64,000 nucleotides of DNA from an uncultured Gammaproteobacteria bacterium (GTDB taxonomy: Bacteria > Patescibacteriota > Patescibacteriia > XYB2-FULL-38-15), in contig OZ246416.1 of NCBI GenBank assembly GCA_965231095.1, positions 603,549 to 667,548 on the forward strand, written 5' to 3'. Shown here one piece after another: positions 10,046-20,110 of this stretch (position 1 is the first letter of the stretch; the number at the start of each line of letters is the position of its first letter). The translations under genes and the position numbers were made by a program. The notes beneath the pieces are model-generated. The model saw nothing but the letters and a program-made list of their open reading frames with translations, was not told the origin of the DNA and ran no database searches.

Positions 10046-11026
10046 TTACCCCAACCCTGTTTTCTTTTTTACTTCCGCCAGGGTTTCGGCGGCCAACTTT
10101 CTCGCCCGCGCCGCCCCGGCTTCTAAAATTTTTTGAACCTTTTTCGGATTCTTTTCTAGTTCTTTTCTTTTTTTACGGAAGTCTGCAAATTCGTCGGCGA
10201 TATTTTTGGCCAAAATCTTTTTACAATCAAGACAGCCAAACTTCGCATGGCGACAGGAATCCGCGACCATTTTTATCTGTTCGGGTAAGGACATTATTTT
10301 ATGCAAACTGTAGATATTGCAAATTTCTGGCGTACCCGGATCAGTCGCTCGCTTTCTCGCTGGATCTGTCACGGCTGGGGCTAATTTTTTCCAAATTTCC
10401 TCTGGCGTGTCGGAGAGTATTATTCCCCCGCCGCCCGTTTTACTCATTTTTTTTGTCGGATCATCCAAGGACATTATTCTTGCCCCCTCGGAGAGCGCTT
10501 CTTTTGGCAAAGGAAAAGTTTTGCCAAACATTTTGTTAAATCGATTGGCAATTTCTCGCGCCAGTTCAATGTGTGGCAATTGATCCTCGCCAACCGGCAC
10601 AATATTTGATTTATAAATCAAAATATCCGCGGCCATCAAAACCGGATACGATAAAAGTCCAAGATTTACATATTCCGGATGAAGCGCAATTTTTTCTTTG
10701 AAAGTCGGCACGCGCTCCAACCACGACACTGGCGTAATTGTTCCCAAAATCCAGGCGAGTTCGGTGTGCTCGGGCACGTGCGATTGGACAATCAGCGTAC
10801 TTTTTTTCGGATCAATCCCGGCCGCCAAATAATCCAGCACCACCTCGTATTTTTCCTTCATCATTTCTTTCGGATCATAAGGCGTGGTCATGCCATGATA
10901 GTCAACCACGGCAAAAATACAATCAGCTTCATCCTGAAGTTTTAACCAGTTTTCAATCGCGCCAAAATAATTGCCGATGTGCAATCTGCCGCTTGGCCTT
11001 ATGCCTGAAAAAACGCGTGGTTTCAT
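10046..11026 (-). CDS. trpS: Tryptophan--tRNA ligase.
   Basis: 326 aa. Class I HIGH motif (PSGRLHIGNYFGA) and a KMSKS-like KMSKT. Size and N-terminus (MKPRVFSGIRPSG) are typical of TrpRS. Confidence 0.88.
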   Translation of the reverse strand: MKPRVFSGIRPSGRLHIGNYFGAIENWLKLQDEADCIFAVVDYHGMTTPYDPKEMMKEKYEVVLDYLAAGIDPKKSTLIVQSHVPEHTELAWILGTITPVSWLERVPTFKEKIALHPEYVNLGLLSYPVLMAADILIYKSNIVPVGEDQLPHIELAREIANRFNKMFGKTFPLPKEALSEGARIMSLDDPTKKMSKTGGGGIILSDTPEEIWKKLAPAVTDPARKRATDPGTPEICNIYSLHKIMSLPEQIKMVADSCRHAKFGCLDCKKILAKNIADEFADFRKKRKELEKNPKKVQKILEAGAARARKLAAETLAEVKKKTGLG

Positions 11027-11035
11027 ATATTTATA

Positions 11036-12805
11036 TTATACCTCAATTATGACTGGAAGCACCATTGGCCGGCGTTCGGTTTTGGTGAAGAGAAATTGGC
11101 CGATGTTGTCGCGAATTTTATTTTTAATGAAAACATTGTCCGCCGCTGATTTCGGATCGCGGTCGGAAATTAATTTTTTCACCTTGGCGCGAACTTGCTC
11201 AATCAATTCTTTACTCTCGCGCATATAGACAAACCCGCGGGAAATAATATCCGGGCTGCCGATCAAATATCCGGTTTTTGTATCAATGGTCGCGATAATC
11301 ACAATCATTCCGTCTTCAGCCATCATCTTCCGATCGCGAAGCACGACCTGGCTCACATCACCAACGCCAAGACCATCAACCATCACGTAATCCGTCGGAA
11401 CGCGTTGTGGCGTAAGCCGGCCTATTGTGCCGGAGAGATCTTTTCCCGCCGCTTGAAATTCCATCACCTGGCCATTGTCCGCAACAAAAATATTTTTCGG
11501 ATCAAAGCCGATACTCTCGGCGACTTTTCCGTTCAGTCGCAGATGAGAGTGGCTGCCTTCAATCGGAATAAAATATTTTGGATTAACCAAACGAATCATC
11601 AATTTAATATCCTCGGCTTTAGCATGGCCGCCGGCATGAATATCCATCATTTTATAGTGAACCACTTCCGCCCCCTTGCGATAGAGCGTATCTTTTAATC
11701 TTTGAATTGTTCTTTCATTTCCCGGAACAACTGATGAAGAAAAAACAATCGTGTCGCGCGGCTCAATCCTAACAAAACGATGTTCTTCATTGGCAATCCT
11801 CATCAAAACCGCCCGCTCTTCGCCTTGCGCTCCAGTGCAAACAATAATAACTTTTTCTGGAGGATGATTATGAACGTCGGCAATATCTATCAATGTTCCT
11901 TGTTTAACTTTCAGATAACCGAGCGTCTTGATAATTTCCACATTGGTTTTCATGCTGAATCCGTCCACCGCAACTTTCTTGCCCATTTCCTCGGCGATGC
12001 GAATAATCTGTTCAACTCTTGAAAGTAATGAAGAAAAAGTTCCAATAATAATTCTTCCTGAAGCTTTTTCTATTAGGGCGCGCAGATTTTTTCCGATTTC
12101 TTGCTCGGAAATTTGATGGCCCTCCTCCGGCGCGTTCGTGCTATCGCTCATTAAAGCCAAAACACCATTTCTGCCAACCTCGGCGATCTTCGCAAAATCC
12201 GCCGGACGTTCGTCAACCGGCGTATAATCAAACTTCCAATCGCCGGTGTGAATGACTGTTCCGACCGGAGTATGAACCACCACCGCCACGGAATCGGGAA
12301 TATTATGATTCACGTGAATAAATTCCACTTTGAATTTTCCCAAAGTCAGAATATCACTTTCTTTCACAACCGCCGTATTCAACTTTGTGCTCTTGTAATC
12401 TTCCTGGCGTTTTTTAATAATCGCGAGCGTCAACTGCGTTCCGTAAATCGTTGGATTGCCAAGCCGCGGAATAAGATGCGGAATGCCGCCGATATGATCA
12501 TAATGTCCGTGAGTGATTACTACCCCGCGGATATTTTTTTCCTTACCTTTCAAATACGAAATGTTGGGAATAATATAATCAATTCCCGGCATGTCTTCTT
12601 CCGGAAATTGCAAACCCATATCAATTAAAATGATATCATTTTCATATTCCAAAAGAGTCATGTTGCGGCCGACTTCTTCCAGGCCGCCCAGCACAATCAC
12701 TTTCAATTTTGGCGCGCCGGGAGTTTTGGCATAGCTGGAAGTTTTAGTATAAAATTTTCCGGAGCCATGCCCTCTTTGTTTTTTTTCTTTTTTATAATAC
12801 ATCAT
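11036..12805 (-). CDS. rnj: Ribonuclease J (metallo-beta-lactamase/beta-CASP RNase).
   Basis: 589 aa. LKVIVLGGLEEVGRNMTLLEY..., VVITHGHYDHIGGIPHL, and a beta-CASP region. Confidence 0.88.
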   Translation of the reverse strand: MMYYKKEKKQRGHGSGKFYTKTSSYAKTPGAPKLKVIVLGGLEEVGRNMTLLEYENDIILIDMGLQFPEEDMPGIDYIIPNISYLKGKEKNIRGVVITHGHYDHIGGIPHLIPRLGNPTIYGTQLTLAIIKKRQEDYKSTKLNTAVVKESDILTLGKFKVEFIHVNHNIPDSVAVVVHTPVGTVIHTGDWKFDYTPVDERPADFAKIAEVGRNGVLALMSDSTNAPEEGHQISEQEIGKNLRALIEKASGRIIIGTFSSLLSRVEQIIRIAEEMGKKVAVDGFSMKTNVEIIKTLGYLKVKQGTLIDIADVHNHPPEKVIIVCTGAQGEERAVLMRIANEEHRFVRIEPRDTIVFSSSVVPGNERTIQRLKDTLYRKGAEVVHYKMMDIHAGGHAKAEDIKLMIRLVNPKYFIPIEGSHSHLRLNGKVAESIGFDPKNIFVADNGQVMEFQAAGKDLSGTIGRLTPQRVPTDYVMVDGLGVGDVSQVVLRDRKMMAEDGMIVIIATIDTKTGYLIGSPDIISRGFVYMRESKELIEQVRAKVKKLISDRDPKSAADNVFIKNKIRDNIGQFLFTKTERRPMVLPVIIEV

Positions 12806-12843
12806 AAATATAAATTTTTAATTTTATAATTTTTAATTTTCTA

Positions 12844-12927
<84 letters not shown>

Positions 12928-12972
12928 AAAATAAATCCGCTAAGTGTTCATCCTAATTCTCAATTCTCAATT

Positions 12973-14799
12973 CTACTTCCACTGTCTTTTTGTTTCTTTG
13001 TACCAATTAGAAATTCCGGCGAAACGGTCGCTCGGAACACTGATACGCGCGACATCAACCCCCAAAACCTCTGCACTCACAACATATGTGTAGCGGGGAC
13101 TGTAGAGAAAAATGGCTGGGATATCGTCGGCTAAAATATTTTGAAAGTCTAAATATTTTTTGGCTCGCTCTTCCGCCTTGTCCGTTTGCCTTGCTTCTTC
13201 AAGAAGTTTATCAATATTTCTGTTCGCGTAAAGAGATAAATTCAGGCCAGGATCTTCAATCTGCGAAGAATGCCAGAAGGGATATGGGTCAGGATCAAAC
13301 CCCAAAATCGTCCCAAGCATCAATGACTCGTAAGCCCGCGGTTTGATAATTTCTCTCTGAATTTTTGTTGAAGGAATTGTGTTCAATTCGACTTGCACGC
13401 CAATCTCTTCCCAGTTTGTTTTAATAATATCCGCGACCCTATTGTATTCCGGCCGATCAACTGTTGTTAAAACTATTTTTAAGACCTTATCGCCTTTTTT
13501 GCGAAAGGTTTCCCCTTCTGCCAATTTGTATCCCGCCTTTTCCAAATTGTCCTTGGCAAAACCTTGATCAAAGGCGATTTTCTTAAGATCCGGCGAATAA
13601 CCTACATACCCCGGCAGAATCGGCCCATCAATAACTTCCGCTTTTCCGCCAAGCGCTTCATTAACAATTTTATTTTTATCAATTGCCAGGGCCAGCGCCT
13701 TTCTTACCACCGCGTCTTTCAAAAATTCATTATTTTTCTGATCAAAAAAAATTGCGGTGTACTGGGGCAAACTCAAAGAATATTTTATAATTTTTTTGCT
13801 TTGCAAACTGGCTTCCGTCTCTTCGGGCAAAAAACTTATTGCTTCAATATTTTGATTTAAGAGGGCAGTCGCGGCCGAATCGTAATCCGAATAAAATTTA
13901 AAAATCAGTTTTTCCAAATATGGTTTTTTGCCATAAAAATTTTCATTGGAAACCAAAGTGTAAACTTTAATGCCGCCGCTTTTATCTTTGGTTAGGGATT
14001 TGAATTTAAACGGCCCGGAACCGATCGGCTTAATATTGTACTCCGCCAAATTCGCGCTCTGCGCCGGAATATTGTACCAAAGATGTTCCGGCAAAATACC
14101 AAAAGTCAACATGCCCAAAAACGGCGCGTAGGCTTCGTCCAAAGTAAACTTCAAAGTTTTATCATCAACTATCTCTGCCGCCACGCCGCGAAAACCGGCG
14201 TAAAGCGGACTTCGGAAAAATTGATCTTTAATCAAGGAAACCGTGAAAACAACATCCCCCGCCGTTAATTTTTCCCCATCGTGCCAAGTTAAATTATCCT
14301 TGAGGTAAATTGTGTAAACTCTTTTATCGTCACTCACTTCAAATTTTTCCGCGAGGTCGGGAGTCAAAACTTGCGCGGCGTCGTATTTGAAAAGGCCGGA
14401 AAAAATCAGGCGCGATAAATCCATATCCACGTCATTTGTCTGCGCCAAAATGGGATTCACGTATTGCGGCGCGCCAACCAAACCCTCAACATATTCTCCG
14501 CCAAAATCCGGAACTATTTCCATTTTTTCCAAACTTAATTTTACTCCCAAAAATCCAAGGCTTGCCAGGATCACGATCGCAAGCCCCAGCAGAATAAATT
14601 TTTCGGAACGAACAAAATATTTTGGAAGATATTTCAACTGGCTCCAAGTCGGCACCCTTGATTTTGATAACGCAAAAACCAACTTCTTATCAAAATCGGT
14701 TTGCCGCCGAATGGCCAGATGCCCGTTTTTTTCTTCCTTTTTAAAACGATTTAAAAAAAATTTAAACATTAGATTTACTAATCTTAAACCACGACTCAC
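12973..14799 (-). CDS. ABC transporter substrate-binding protein, family 5 (peptide/oligopeptide-type), with an N-terminal membrane anchor.
   Basis: 608 aa. N-terminal TM (FILLGLAIVILASLGFLGV), family-5 SBP features (NPILAQTNDVDMDLSRLIFSGLFKYD), and length. The real start may be an internal Met. Confidence 0.7.
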   Translation of the reverse strand: MSRGLRLVNLMFKFFLNRFKKEEKNGHLAIRRQTDFDKKLVFALSKSRVPTWSQLKYLPKYFVRSEKFILLGLAIVILASLGFLGVKLSLEKMEIVPDFGGEYVEGLVGAPQYVNPILAQTNDVDMDLSRLIFSGLFKYDAAQVLTPDLAEKFEVSDDKRVYTIYLKDNLTWHDGEKLTAGDVVFTVSLIKDQFFRSPLYAGFRGVAAEIVDDKTLKFTLDEAYAPFLGMLTFGILPEHLWYNIPAQSANLAEYNIKPIGSGPFKFKSLTKDKSGGIKVYTLVSNENFYGKKPYLEKLIFKFYSDYDSAATALLNQNIEAISFLPEETEASLQSKKIIKYSLSLPQYTAIFFDQKNNEFLKDAVVRKALALAIDKNKIVNEALGGKAEVIDGPILPGYVGYSPDLKKIAFDQGFAKDNLEKAGYKLAEGETFRKKGDKVLKIVLTTVDRPEYNRVADIIKTNWEEIGVQVELNTIPSTKIQREIIKPRAYESLMLGTILGFDPDPYPFWHSSQIEDPGLNLSLYANRNIDKLLEEARQTDKAEERAKKYLDFQNILADDIPAIFLYSPRYTYVVSAEVLGVDVARISVPSDRFAGISNWYKETKRQWK

Positions 14800-14854
14800 A
14801 CTTTGCTTGTCGTTCCTTTGCGCCTCCTATTTTTAATCTGCCACCCGAATTTTT

Positions 14855-15067
14855 TTACAGAAGAAAATTCGCCAGGGCGGCGCCAAAAAATATCACTGAG
14901 AGAATAATAGTCGCAATATACAGTTTCTTCTCGAGCCCTCTTTTTGTCTGATAAACCGCGTCTCCCCCACCAAAAACTCCGCCCACGCTTGCTCCCCGGC
15001 TTTGGAGAAGAATCACTACCATAAGCAAAACTGCCGCAACGAGTTGGATAATATTGATATATTTCAT
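14855..15067 (-). CDS. secG: Preprotein translocase subunit SecG.
   Basis: 70 aa. Two TM helices separated by LLQSRGASVGGVFGGG, the SecG Gly-rich loop. Confidence 0.72.
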   Translation of the reverse strand: MKYINIIQLVAAVLLMVVILLQSRGASVGGVFGGGDAVYQTKRGLEKKLYIATIILSVIFFGAALANFLL

Positions 15068-15332
15068 ATTAAATTAGAGAAAATAGCTTATTATTGGAAT
15101 AATACCAAACTGGCTCTATTTTGTCAATCACGGCTACCCTTCCTGCTTAAAATCTCCCTCAACTTAAAAACCCCCTTGCCGCTGACTTTGTGGCGGCGGC
15201 GTTTTTTATTTTCTCTATTTTTTCTCTCTTTTTCCAATTTTTTCTCCCATTCTTCGGAATATACCATATTAATATTTTATGATATACTTTTATTGTAGCA
15301 CACTTTGATTATGTATTTAATTATTTTAAAAT

Positions 15333-16076
15333 ATGGAAGAAAATTTCACGGAAGAATTTTCTAAAAAATGGTATAAAAAATGGTGGGGCGTTTTGATTCT
15401 TGTCACGGGCGGACTAATTTTAAGCCTTACGCTTGTGATTGGCGGGCAAGTTTATTTTTATTATCGCCAAATAAAAAACGGAAAACTGCCCCTGCCCAGC
15501 CAAATCTTATTTCAAAGATCAAGTACCGCGGAAGCGGCTGGCGGCGCGCCCGATCTTTCCAAATTAGATTCTCCCGATGAGCCGGCCTCATCAACCAACG
15601 CGCCAATAAAGGTTGTCGGATTTTTTGACTTTGAGTGTCCTTACTCCCGCGAAGCCGCAGACGCGATGCGCCAAACCCAAACCATCTATGGCGACAAAAT
15701 TAATTTTGTTTTTAGAAATTTCCCCTTAACTGATATCCACCAAAACTCCATGCTCGCGGCGAGCTCCGGCGAGTGCGCTCATGCCCAAGGAAAATTTTGG
15801 GAAATGAGTGATAAAATTTTTGGCGGTTCATCTCTTAGCCGGGAAAATTTTGAACTATATGCTTCGGAACTCGGTTTGGACGCGGCGCAATTTAAAAAAT
15901 GTTTGGACGGTTATCAGGGCAAGGGCGCGGTGCTAAAAGATACCGTGGACGGACAAGCTCTGGGAGTTATCGGAACCCCAACCTGGTTTATTAACGGTGA
16001 AAAAATTGAAGGTGTCCTCGCGGTCACAGATTTCAAAAAAATTATTGATTTTTTTTCAGCTAACAAAACTCCCTAA
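15333..16076 (+). CDS. DsbA-like thiol:disulfide oxidoreductase (thioredoxin fold), membrane anchored.
   Basis: 247 aa. N-terminal TM, a CPYS (CxxC) active site in FDFECPYSREA, and the cis-Pro region GTPTWFINGEKIEG. Confidence 0.75.
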   Translation: MEENFTEEFSKKWYKKWWGVLILVTGGLILSLTLVIGGQVYFYYRQIKNGKLPLPSQILFQRSSTAEAAGGAPDLSKLDSPDEPASSTNAPIKVVGFFDFECPYSREAADAMRQTQTIYGDKINFVFRNFPLTDIHQNSMLAASSGECAHAQGKFWEMSDKIFGGSSLSRENFELYASELGLDAAQFKKCLDGYQGKGAVLKDTVDGQALGVIGTPTWFINGEKIEGVLAVTDFKKIIDFFSANKTP

Positions 16077-16080
16077 CTAT

Positions 16081-16698
16081 ATGATAGAAATTCGCCTGCA
16101 TGGCCGCGGGGGGCAAGGGACAGTCACGGCCGCGGAACTAATCGCCCAAGCGGCGTTTCTTGACGAAAAATTTTCTCAAGCTTTTCCTTCTTTTGGGATT
16201 GAACGGCGCGGCGCGCCGGTTGAAGCTTATGCCAGAATTTCCGACAAACCGATAACGCTTCATTCTAAAATTTATGAGCCAGACTATCTTCTCATCCAAG
16301 ACCCCACCCTGTTAAATTTAACCGAGGTGCGCCTGGGCGTCACAAAAAAAACTTTTGTTGTTATAAATACCGAAAAATCTCCCGCCGCTTTTAAAAAAAT
16401 TTTCCCGGGAAATACCATCCAAACAATTCCGGCAACGCAAATCGCCCTCGCGATTTTAGGGAAACCCATCATCAACACAATTTTACTCGGCGCTTTCGCC
16501 GGAGTCTGCGGATTACTTGACCCAAAATCTCTAACCGCAGCCATCACGGCTCGTTTTAAAAAAGAAATTGCCGAAAAAAATCTTAAAGCCATGAACACCG
16601 CTTACTGCCATTGCAGCGCGGATTCAAAATATTGTTTTACCGCGGAAAAATGCAAAATAGCCGTGGACGGCGGACAAAATTTTTCCGTCACTTGTTAA
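16081..16698 (+). CDS. porG: Pyruvate/2-oxoacid:ferredoxin oxidoreductase gamma subunit.
   Basis: MIEIRLHGRGGQGTVTAAELIAQAAF... The track ORF begins at 15997, inside the dsbA-like gene. The conserved start is the Met at 16081. Confidence 0.85.
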   Translation: MIEIRLHGRGGQGTVTAAELIAQAAFLDEKFSQAFPSFGIERRGAPVEAYARISDKPITLHSKIYEPDYLLIQDPTLLNLTEVRLGVTKKTFVVINTEKSPAAFKKIFPGNTIQTIPATQIALAILGKPIINTILLGAFAGVCGLLDPKSLTAAITARFKKEIAEKNLKAMNTAYCHCSADSKYCFTAEKCKIAVDGGQNFSVTC

Positions 16699-16705
16699 AT
16701 CTCCC

Positions 16706-16990
16706 ATGAAAACCGCGAAAAAAATTGAACTATCTTCCCGGCCGGGAACAACCGTCGCCAATAAAACCGGCGCTTGGCGGGTTTATTATCCGATCGTTGA
16801 CCACGAAGTTTGTATTGGCTGCGGCACTTGCGACCGCGTTTGCCCGGAGGGAGTTTGCTTTTCCACCGGCCAAAAAAATTCTAAAGGATTAACTTTCTAC
16901 GACCGCGACCTGGATTTTTGCAAAGGCTGCGGACTTTGTGCCAAAGAATGCCCCGTAAAAGCGATCTCAATGCATTTTGAAGACAAATAA
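16706..16990 (+). CDS. porD: Pyruvate:ferredoxin oxidoreductase delta subunit (2x[4Fe-4S] ferredoxin).
   Basis: 94 aa with two CxxCxxCxxxCP motifs (CIGCGTCDRVCP, CKGCGLCAKECP). Confidence 0.85.
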   Translation: MKTAKKIELSSRPGTTVANKTGAWRVYYPIVDHEVCIGCGTCDRVCPEGVCFSTGQKNSKGLTFYDRDLDFCKGCGLCAKECPVKAISMHFEDK

Positions 16991-16993
16991 TTT

Positions 16994-18139
16994 ATGAAGA
17001 AATTTTTAGAAGGTTCGCGCGCTATTGCCGAAACAATAAAACTTTGCCGCCCCGACGTAATCGCCACCTATCCCATTACTCCCCAAACCCATATCGTGGA
17101 AAATTTGGCGGAAATCAAGGCTCTGGGTTTGGCTAATTTTGAATACGTAAAAACTGAAAGCGAAATGGCCGCGGCTTCGGCGGTACTCGGTGCCTCTGCG
17201 GCGGGGGGAAGAGTTTATACGGCCAGCGCTTCACAGGGAATACTTCTGATGACCGAGGTTTTGTTTAACATCGCCGGGCTAAATTTGCCGGTTGTTATGA
17301 CTTGCGCCAATCGCGCCGTTTCCGCGCCGATAAATATTTGGAACGATCATCAAGACGCCATGACCGTGCGTGACGCCGGCTGGATAATGCTTTTTGCCGA
17401 AGATAACCAAGAGGCGTCCGATCTTCATATCCAAGCGTACAAAATCGCCGAGCAAACTTCTCTCCCGGCTATGGTTTGTATGGATGGATTCAGTTTGACT
17501 CACACTTTTGCGCCCGTTGATCTTCCGAACCAAAAATTGGTGGATAAATTTTTGCCCAAGAGAATTCCTGCCGCCGGCCAATTTCTTGATACTAAAAATC
17601 CCGTGAGCCTCGGCGGAATTTCCTCCCCGGAAAGTTATGTTCATGCTAGAAAAAATCTCCACGAAAAATTAATCGCCAGCAAGGGAATTATTAAAAAAAC
17701 CGCGGCGGAATTTAATAAACTTTTCTCGCGGAAAAAGAAGGATGACGGATTTGTGGAATACATCGGTCCAAAAAATCCAAAACTGATTATTATTGCCATG
17801 GGCTCTGTTTTGGGAACAATTCGGGCGACTCTCCTTCGGGAAAATATCTCTCTTAAAATCGGCATTTTAAAAATTAAATGCTACCGCCCATTTCCCGGCG
17901 AAGAAATTTCTAAAATAATTTTACGGATAAAGCCAAAACACGTCGCCGTTTTAGACCGATCTATTTCTTTGGGCCAGGGCGGCATCCTCGCCGGCGAAAT
18001 AAAAAATCTCTGCCCGATCGGCATGGTTTCTAATTTTATTGTCGGCCTCGGAGGCGAAGACGTCACGCCAAAAGATGTCCTAAAAATTGTAAAACTAAGT
18101 CTTGCCGATAAAACCCGCGCCACAAGATTTTTTACTTAA
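16994..18139 (+). CDS. porA: Pyruvate:ferredoxin oxidoreductase alpha subunit.
   Basis: 381 aa. Its 5' end abuts porD, and the PorA-like N-terminal domain is present (IATYPITPQTHIVENLAE...). Confidence 0.85.
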   Translation: MKKFLEGSRAIAETIKLCRPDVIATYPITPQTHIVENLAEIKALGLANFEYVKTESEMAAASAVLGASAAGGRVYTASASQGILLMTEVLFNIAGLNLPVVMTCANRAVSAPINIWNDHQDAMTVRDAGWIMLFAEDNQEASDLHIQAYKIAEQTSLPAMVCMDGFSLTHTFAPVDLPNQKLVDKFLPKRIPAAGQFLDTKNPVSLGGISSPESYVHARKNLHEKLIASKGIIKKTAAEFNKLFSRKKKDDGFVEYIGPKNPKLIIIAMGSVLGTIRATLLRENISLKIGILKIKCYRPFPGEEISKIILRIKPKHVAVLDRSISLGQGGILAGEIKNLCPIGMVSNFIVGLGGEDVTPKDVLKIVKLSLADKTRATRFFT

Positions 18140-18156
18140 TTAATAATTTTAAACAT

Positions 18157-18285
18157 ATGTCTAAACTCGACACAGTTTTAAAAGTTTTACCAAAAATATT
18201 TTTAGGCGTTTTGGTCACGCTCTTTGTTGTCCAGGTTGTCGGATTTTTTGTAATTTTTTATTTATCAAGTCAAGCCGTAAAATAA
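18157..18285 (+). CDS. Possible 42-aa single-TM small protein (below the ORF-track cut-off).
   Basis: ATG at 18157; MSKLDTVLKVLPKIFLGVLVTLFVVQVVGFFVIFYLSSQAVK; stop at 18283-18285. It lies between porA and the 603-aa gene. Confidence 0.25.
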   Translation: MSKLDTVLKVLPKIFLGVLVTLFVVQVVGFFVIFYLSSQAVK

Positions 18286-18295
18286 TTTTATAGTT

Positions 18296-20107
18296 ATGGC
18301 GCAAAAAATTATTAAAATTTTTCTGCTGGCAACGCTTGCTCTCGCGCTCCTCGTCTCCGCCAGTCCGGCTTTTGCCCAAACAGGTGAAGCCAACGCTCAA
18401 TGCTGGTCTAGTTCAGACTGCATGAAATATACGAAAGATTGCCGGGCTTGTTTTGAAGAGAGAGCGGACATCTGCGGCGAAAACCGCGGTTATTGTTACG
18501 CGAGGCCGGTTCCTGCAACTTTGGAAATTTCTCTTGGAGGATTGACTGATGTCTATGATCCGGCGCAATATATTTCCACTCTTTATCAATGGATGGTTTC
18601 CGTCACGGGAATTCTCGCCGGTATTATGATTATGATTGGCGGCCTTCTCTATCTCACAGCCGGCGGCGCGCCCGATCGCGTCTCTAATGCCAAAGAGTAT
18701 ATCTCGAGCGCTCTTGTTGGTTTGATGTTAGCGTTAACTTCTTATTTTATTTTACAAACCGTAAATCCGGCGCTCCTATCTTTAAAATTTCCCAAGGTTC
18801 CCTTGATTCAGGCCGTCGTTCCTCCTGGGGAATTTTGCGAAGATCTCGCAGAAAATCCTGACATACAAATTACCTCCTCAACTGGCGGAACAAAATGCGG
18901 TGATGTTGGAATTCCAAAAAGTATTTCCGGCGAATCAAATGTTCCCACAAAATGCGCTTACGGAAATTGTTCCAATCCAGAAGAAAGTTGCGAAATTAAC
19001 CCCGAATCGCTCGGTCCGGTAGCGGAATGCAAAAAAGTCGCGGGGACAAGATTGGATGTTTTTTTGGCAGAACGCCGGCAAAAATTTAACTACGCACCGA
19101 CCGCTACAACAAACCCGGCGGCCTGGGCCGCGGATCCCGCGATTCTTGCCGAAAAAGAAGAGATTACAAAAGTTTGCCAACAATGGACGCCTCGATCTCA
19201 AAATGGGATAATCTACCGCACTTACGCTACGGCCTCTTGTAATTTAATTTCTGGAATTGGCGGAGCGGATTTTTTAAAAAATTCCGGAATGCAAGTCGCC
19301 ATTTTCACGGGAGCGAGCAGTTTGTATAGCGGCGCAATTAGAGGCGCCCAGGCCAGGGCAGCGGGATCGACGGTCGGACAGGTTGTGGGCGGCGCCGAGG
19401 TTGGCCTCGGAGCCTGGGGAGTAAAATCGGCCGTTAGAGCCGTTATGAAGCACCCGGCCGTGGCTACTGTCTTAACGGCAATAATTGGTTCTGTTGCTAT
19501 TTCTGAAGAAGTAAATTGCGGCGCAAATTCCGCCCTGCGTGGAAACGCCGCTTGCGGTCTGGTCACCCTTGATTGTAACAGAATAACCAAATGTTCGGAT
19601 TATCCTAATGTTCAGATTAAAGCGGAGGAGGGGCCAATACCTTTGATTGAAATTGACCCCCGCGATTATTTAGGAATGAGTGGCAATGAAATAATTTCTG
19701 ATGTTTGCAAAGATAACCCTTGCGGTCTGCCATTTTCCTGCACAACTGGCGGCGGAGAAGATTTTAGTTTGGGGTGCACGGCTGGAAGCGAGGCAAAATG
19801 TCCGGCCGACGCACACAATGATATTTACAATGGCTTTATTCAGGGCCGTCAACAAAAAGGGCAACTATGCGAGAAAGACGCGGACTGCCAATTTGGAACG
19901 TGCAGCGGCAGTTCCGTCACTATAAATGATCTTCTTACCCCATGCGATCCGGAACATCCCGATTTTCGCAGTCGATATAACGAATCGACTGGCTGCACTT
20001 ATGGCATCTCACCCACACTTTTAGATTGCGGGATCCCTACCGAACAATATCGCCGTCAGGCAAATTTTTACAAGAGAGAAAATGTAACTCTTAGACATTG
20101 TCAATAA
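18296..20107 (+). CDS. Secreted or membrane protein. N-terminal pilin-like two-TM domain (same family as the 58.7-63.4 kb array) fused to a roughly 440-aa Cys-rich C-terminal region.
   Basis: 603 aa. Signal peptide ...SASPAFAQT. The core YQWMVSVTGILAGIMIMIGGLLYLTAGGAPDRVSNAKEYISSALVGLMLALTSYFIL matches the array consensus. It is followed by many Cys pairs (CAYGNCSNPEESCE, CSDYPNV, CTTGGGEDFSLGCTAGSEAKC...). The gene sits between porA and porB. Confidence 0.6.
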   Translation: MAQKIIKIFLLATLALALLVSASPAFAQTGEANAQCWSSSDCMKYTKDCRACFEERADICGENRGYCYARPVPATLEISLGGLTDVYDPAQYISTLYQWMVSVTGILAGIMIMIGGLLYLTAGGAPDRVSNAKEYISSALVGLMLALTSYFILQTVNPALLSLKFPKVPLIQAVVPPGEFCEDLAENPDIQITSSTGGTKCGDVGIPKSISGESNVPTKCAYGNCSNPEESCEINPESLGPVAECKKVAGTRLDVFLAERRQKFNYAPTATTNPAAWAADPAILAEKEEITKVCQQWTPRSQNGIIYRTYATASCNLISGIGGADFLKNSGMQVAIFTGASSLYSGAIRGAQARAAGSTVGQVVGGAEVGLGAWGVKSAVRAVMKHPAVATVLTAIIGSVAISEEVNCGANSALRGNAACGLVTLDCNRITKCSDYPNVQIKAEEGPIPLIEIDPRDYLGMSGNEIISDVCKDNPCGLPFSCTTGGGEDFSLGCTAGSEAKCPADAHNDIYNGFIQGRQQKGQLCEKDADCQFGTCSGSSVTINDLLTPCDPEHPDFRSRYNESTGCTYGISPTLLDCGIPTEQYRRQANFYKRENVTLRHCQ

Positions 20108-20110
20108 TTT

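Noticed and set aside
10012-12628. Plus-strand ORFs antisense to trpS and rnj (10012..10539, 11195..11698, 12248..12628).
   Set aside because: They are fully embedded in well-supported minus-strand housekeeping genes, and their translations are low-complexity.
15068-15332. GC hairpin plus T-run (about 15180-15215) between the divergent secG and dsbA-like genes, as a possible small-RNA terminator.
   Set aside because: There is no convincing promoter upstream on the plus strand, and on the minus strand it would sit upstream of secG. It remains an unassigned hairpin.
15997-16698. Track start of the porG ORF at 15997, overlapping the dsbA-like gene.
   Set aside because: The conserved PorG N-terminus MIEIRLHGRGGQG begins at 16081, and the upstream extension overlaps the preceding gene's coding end.
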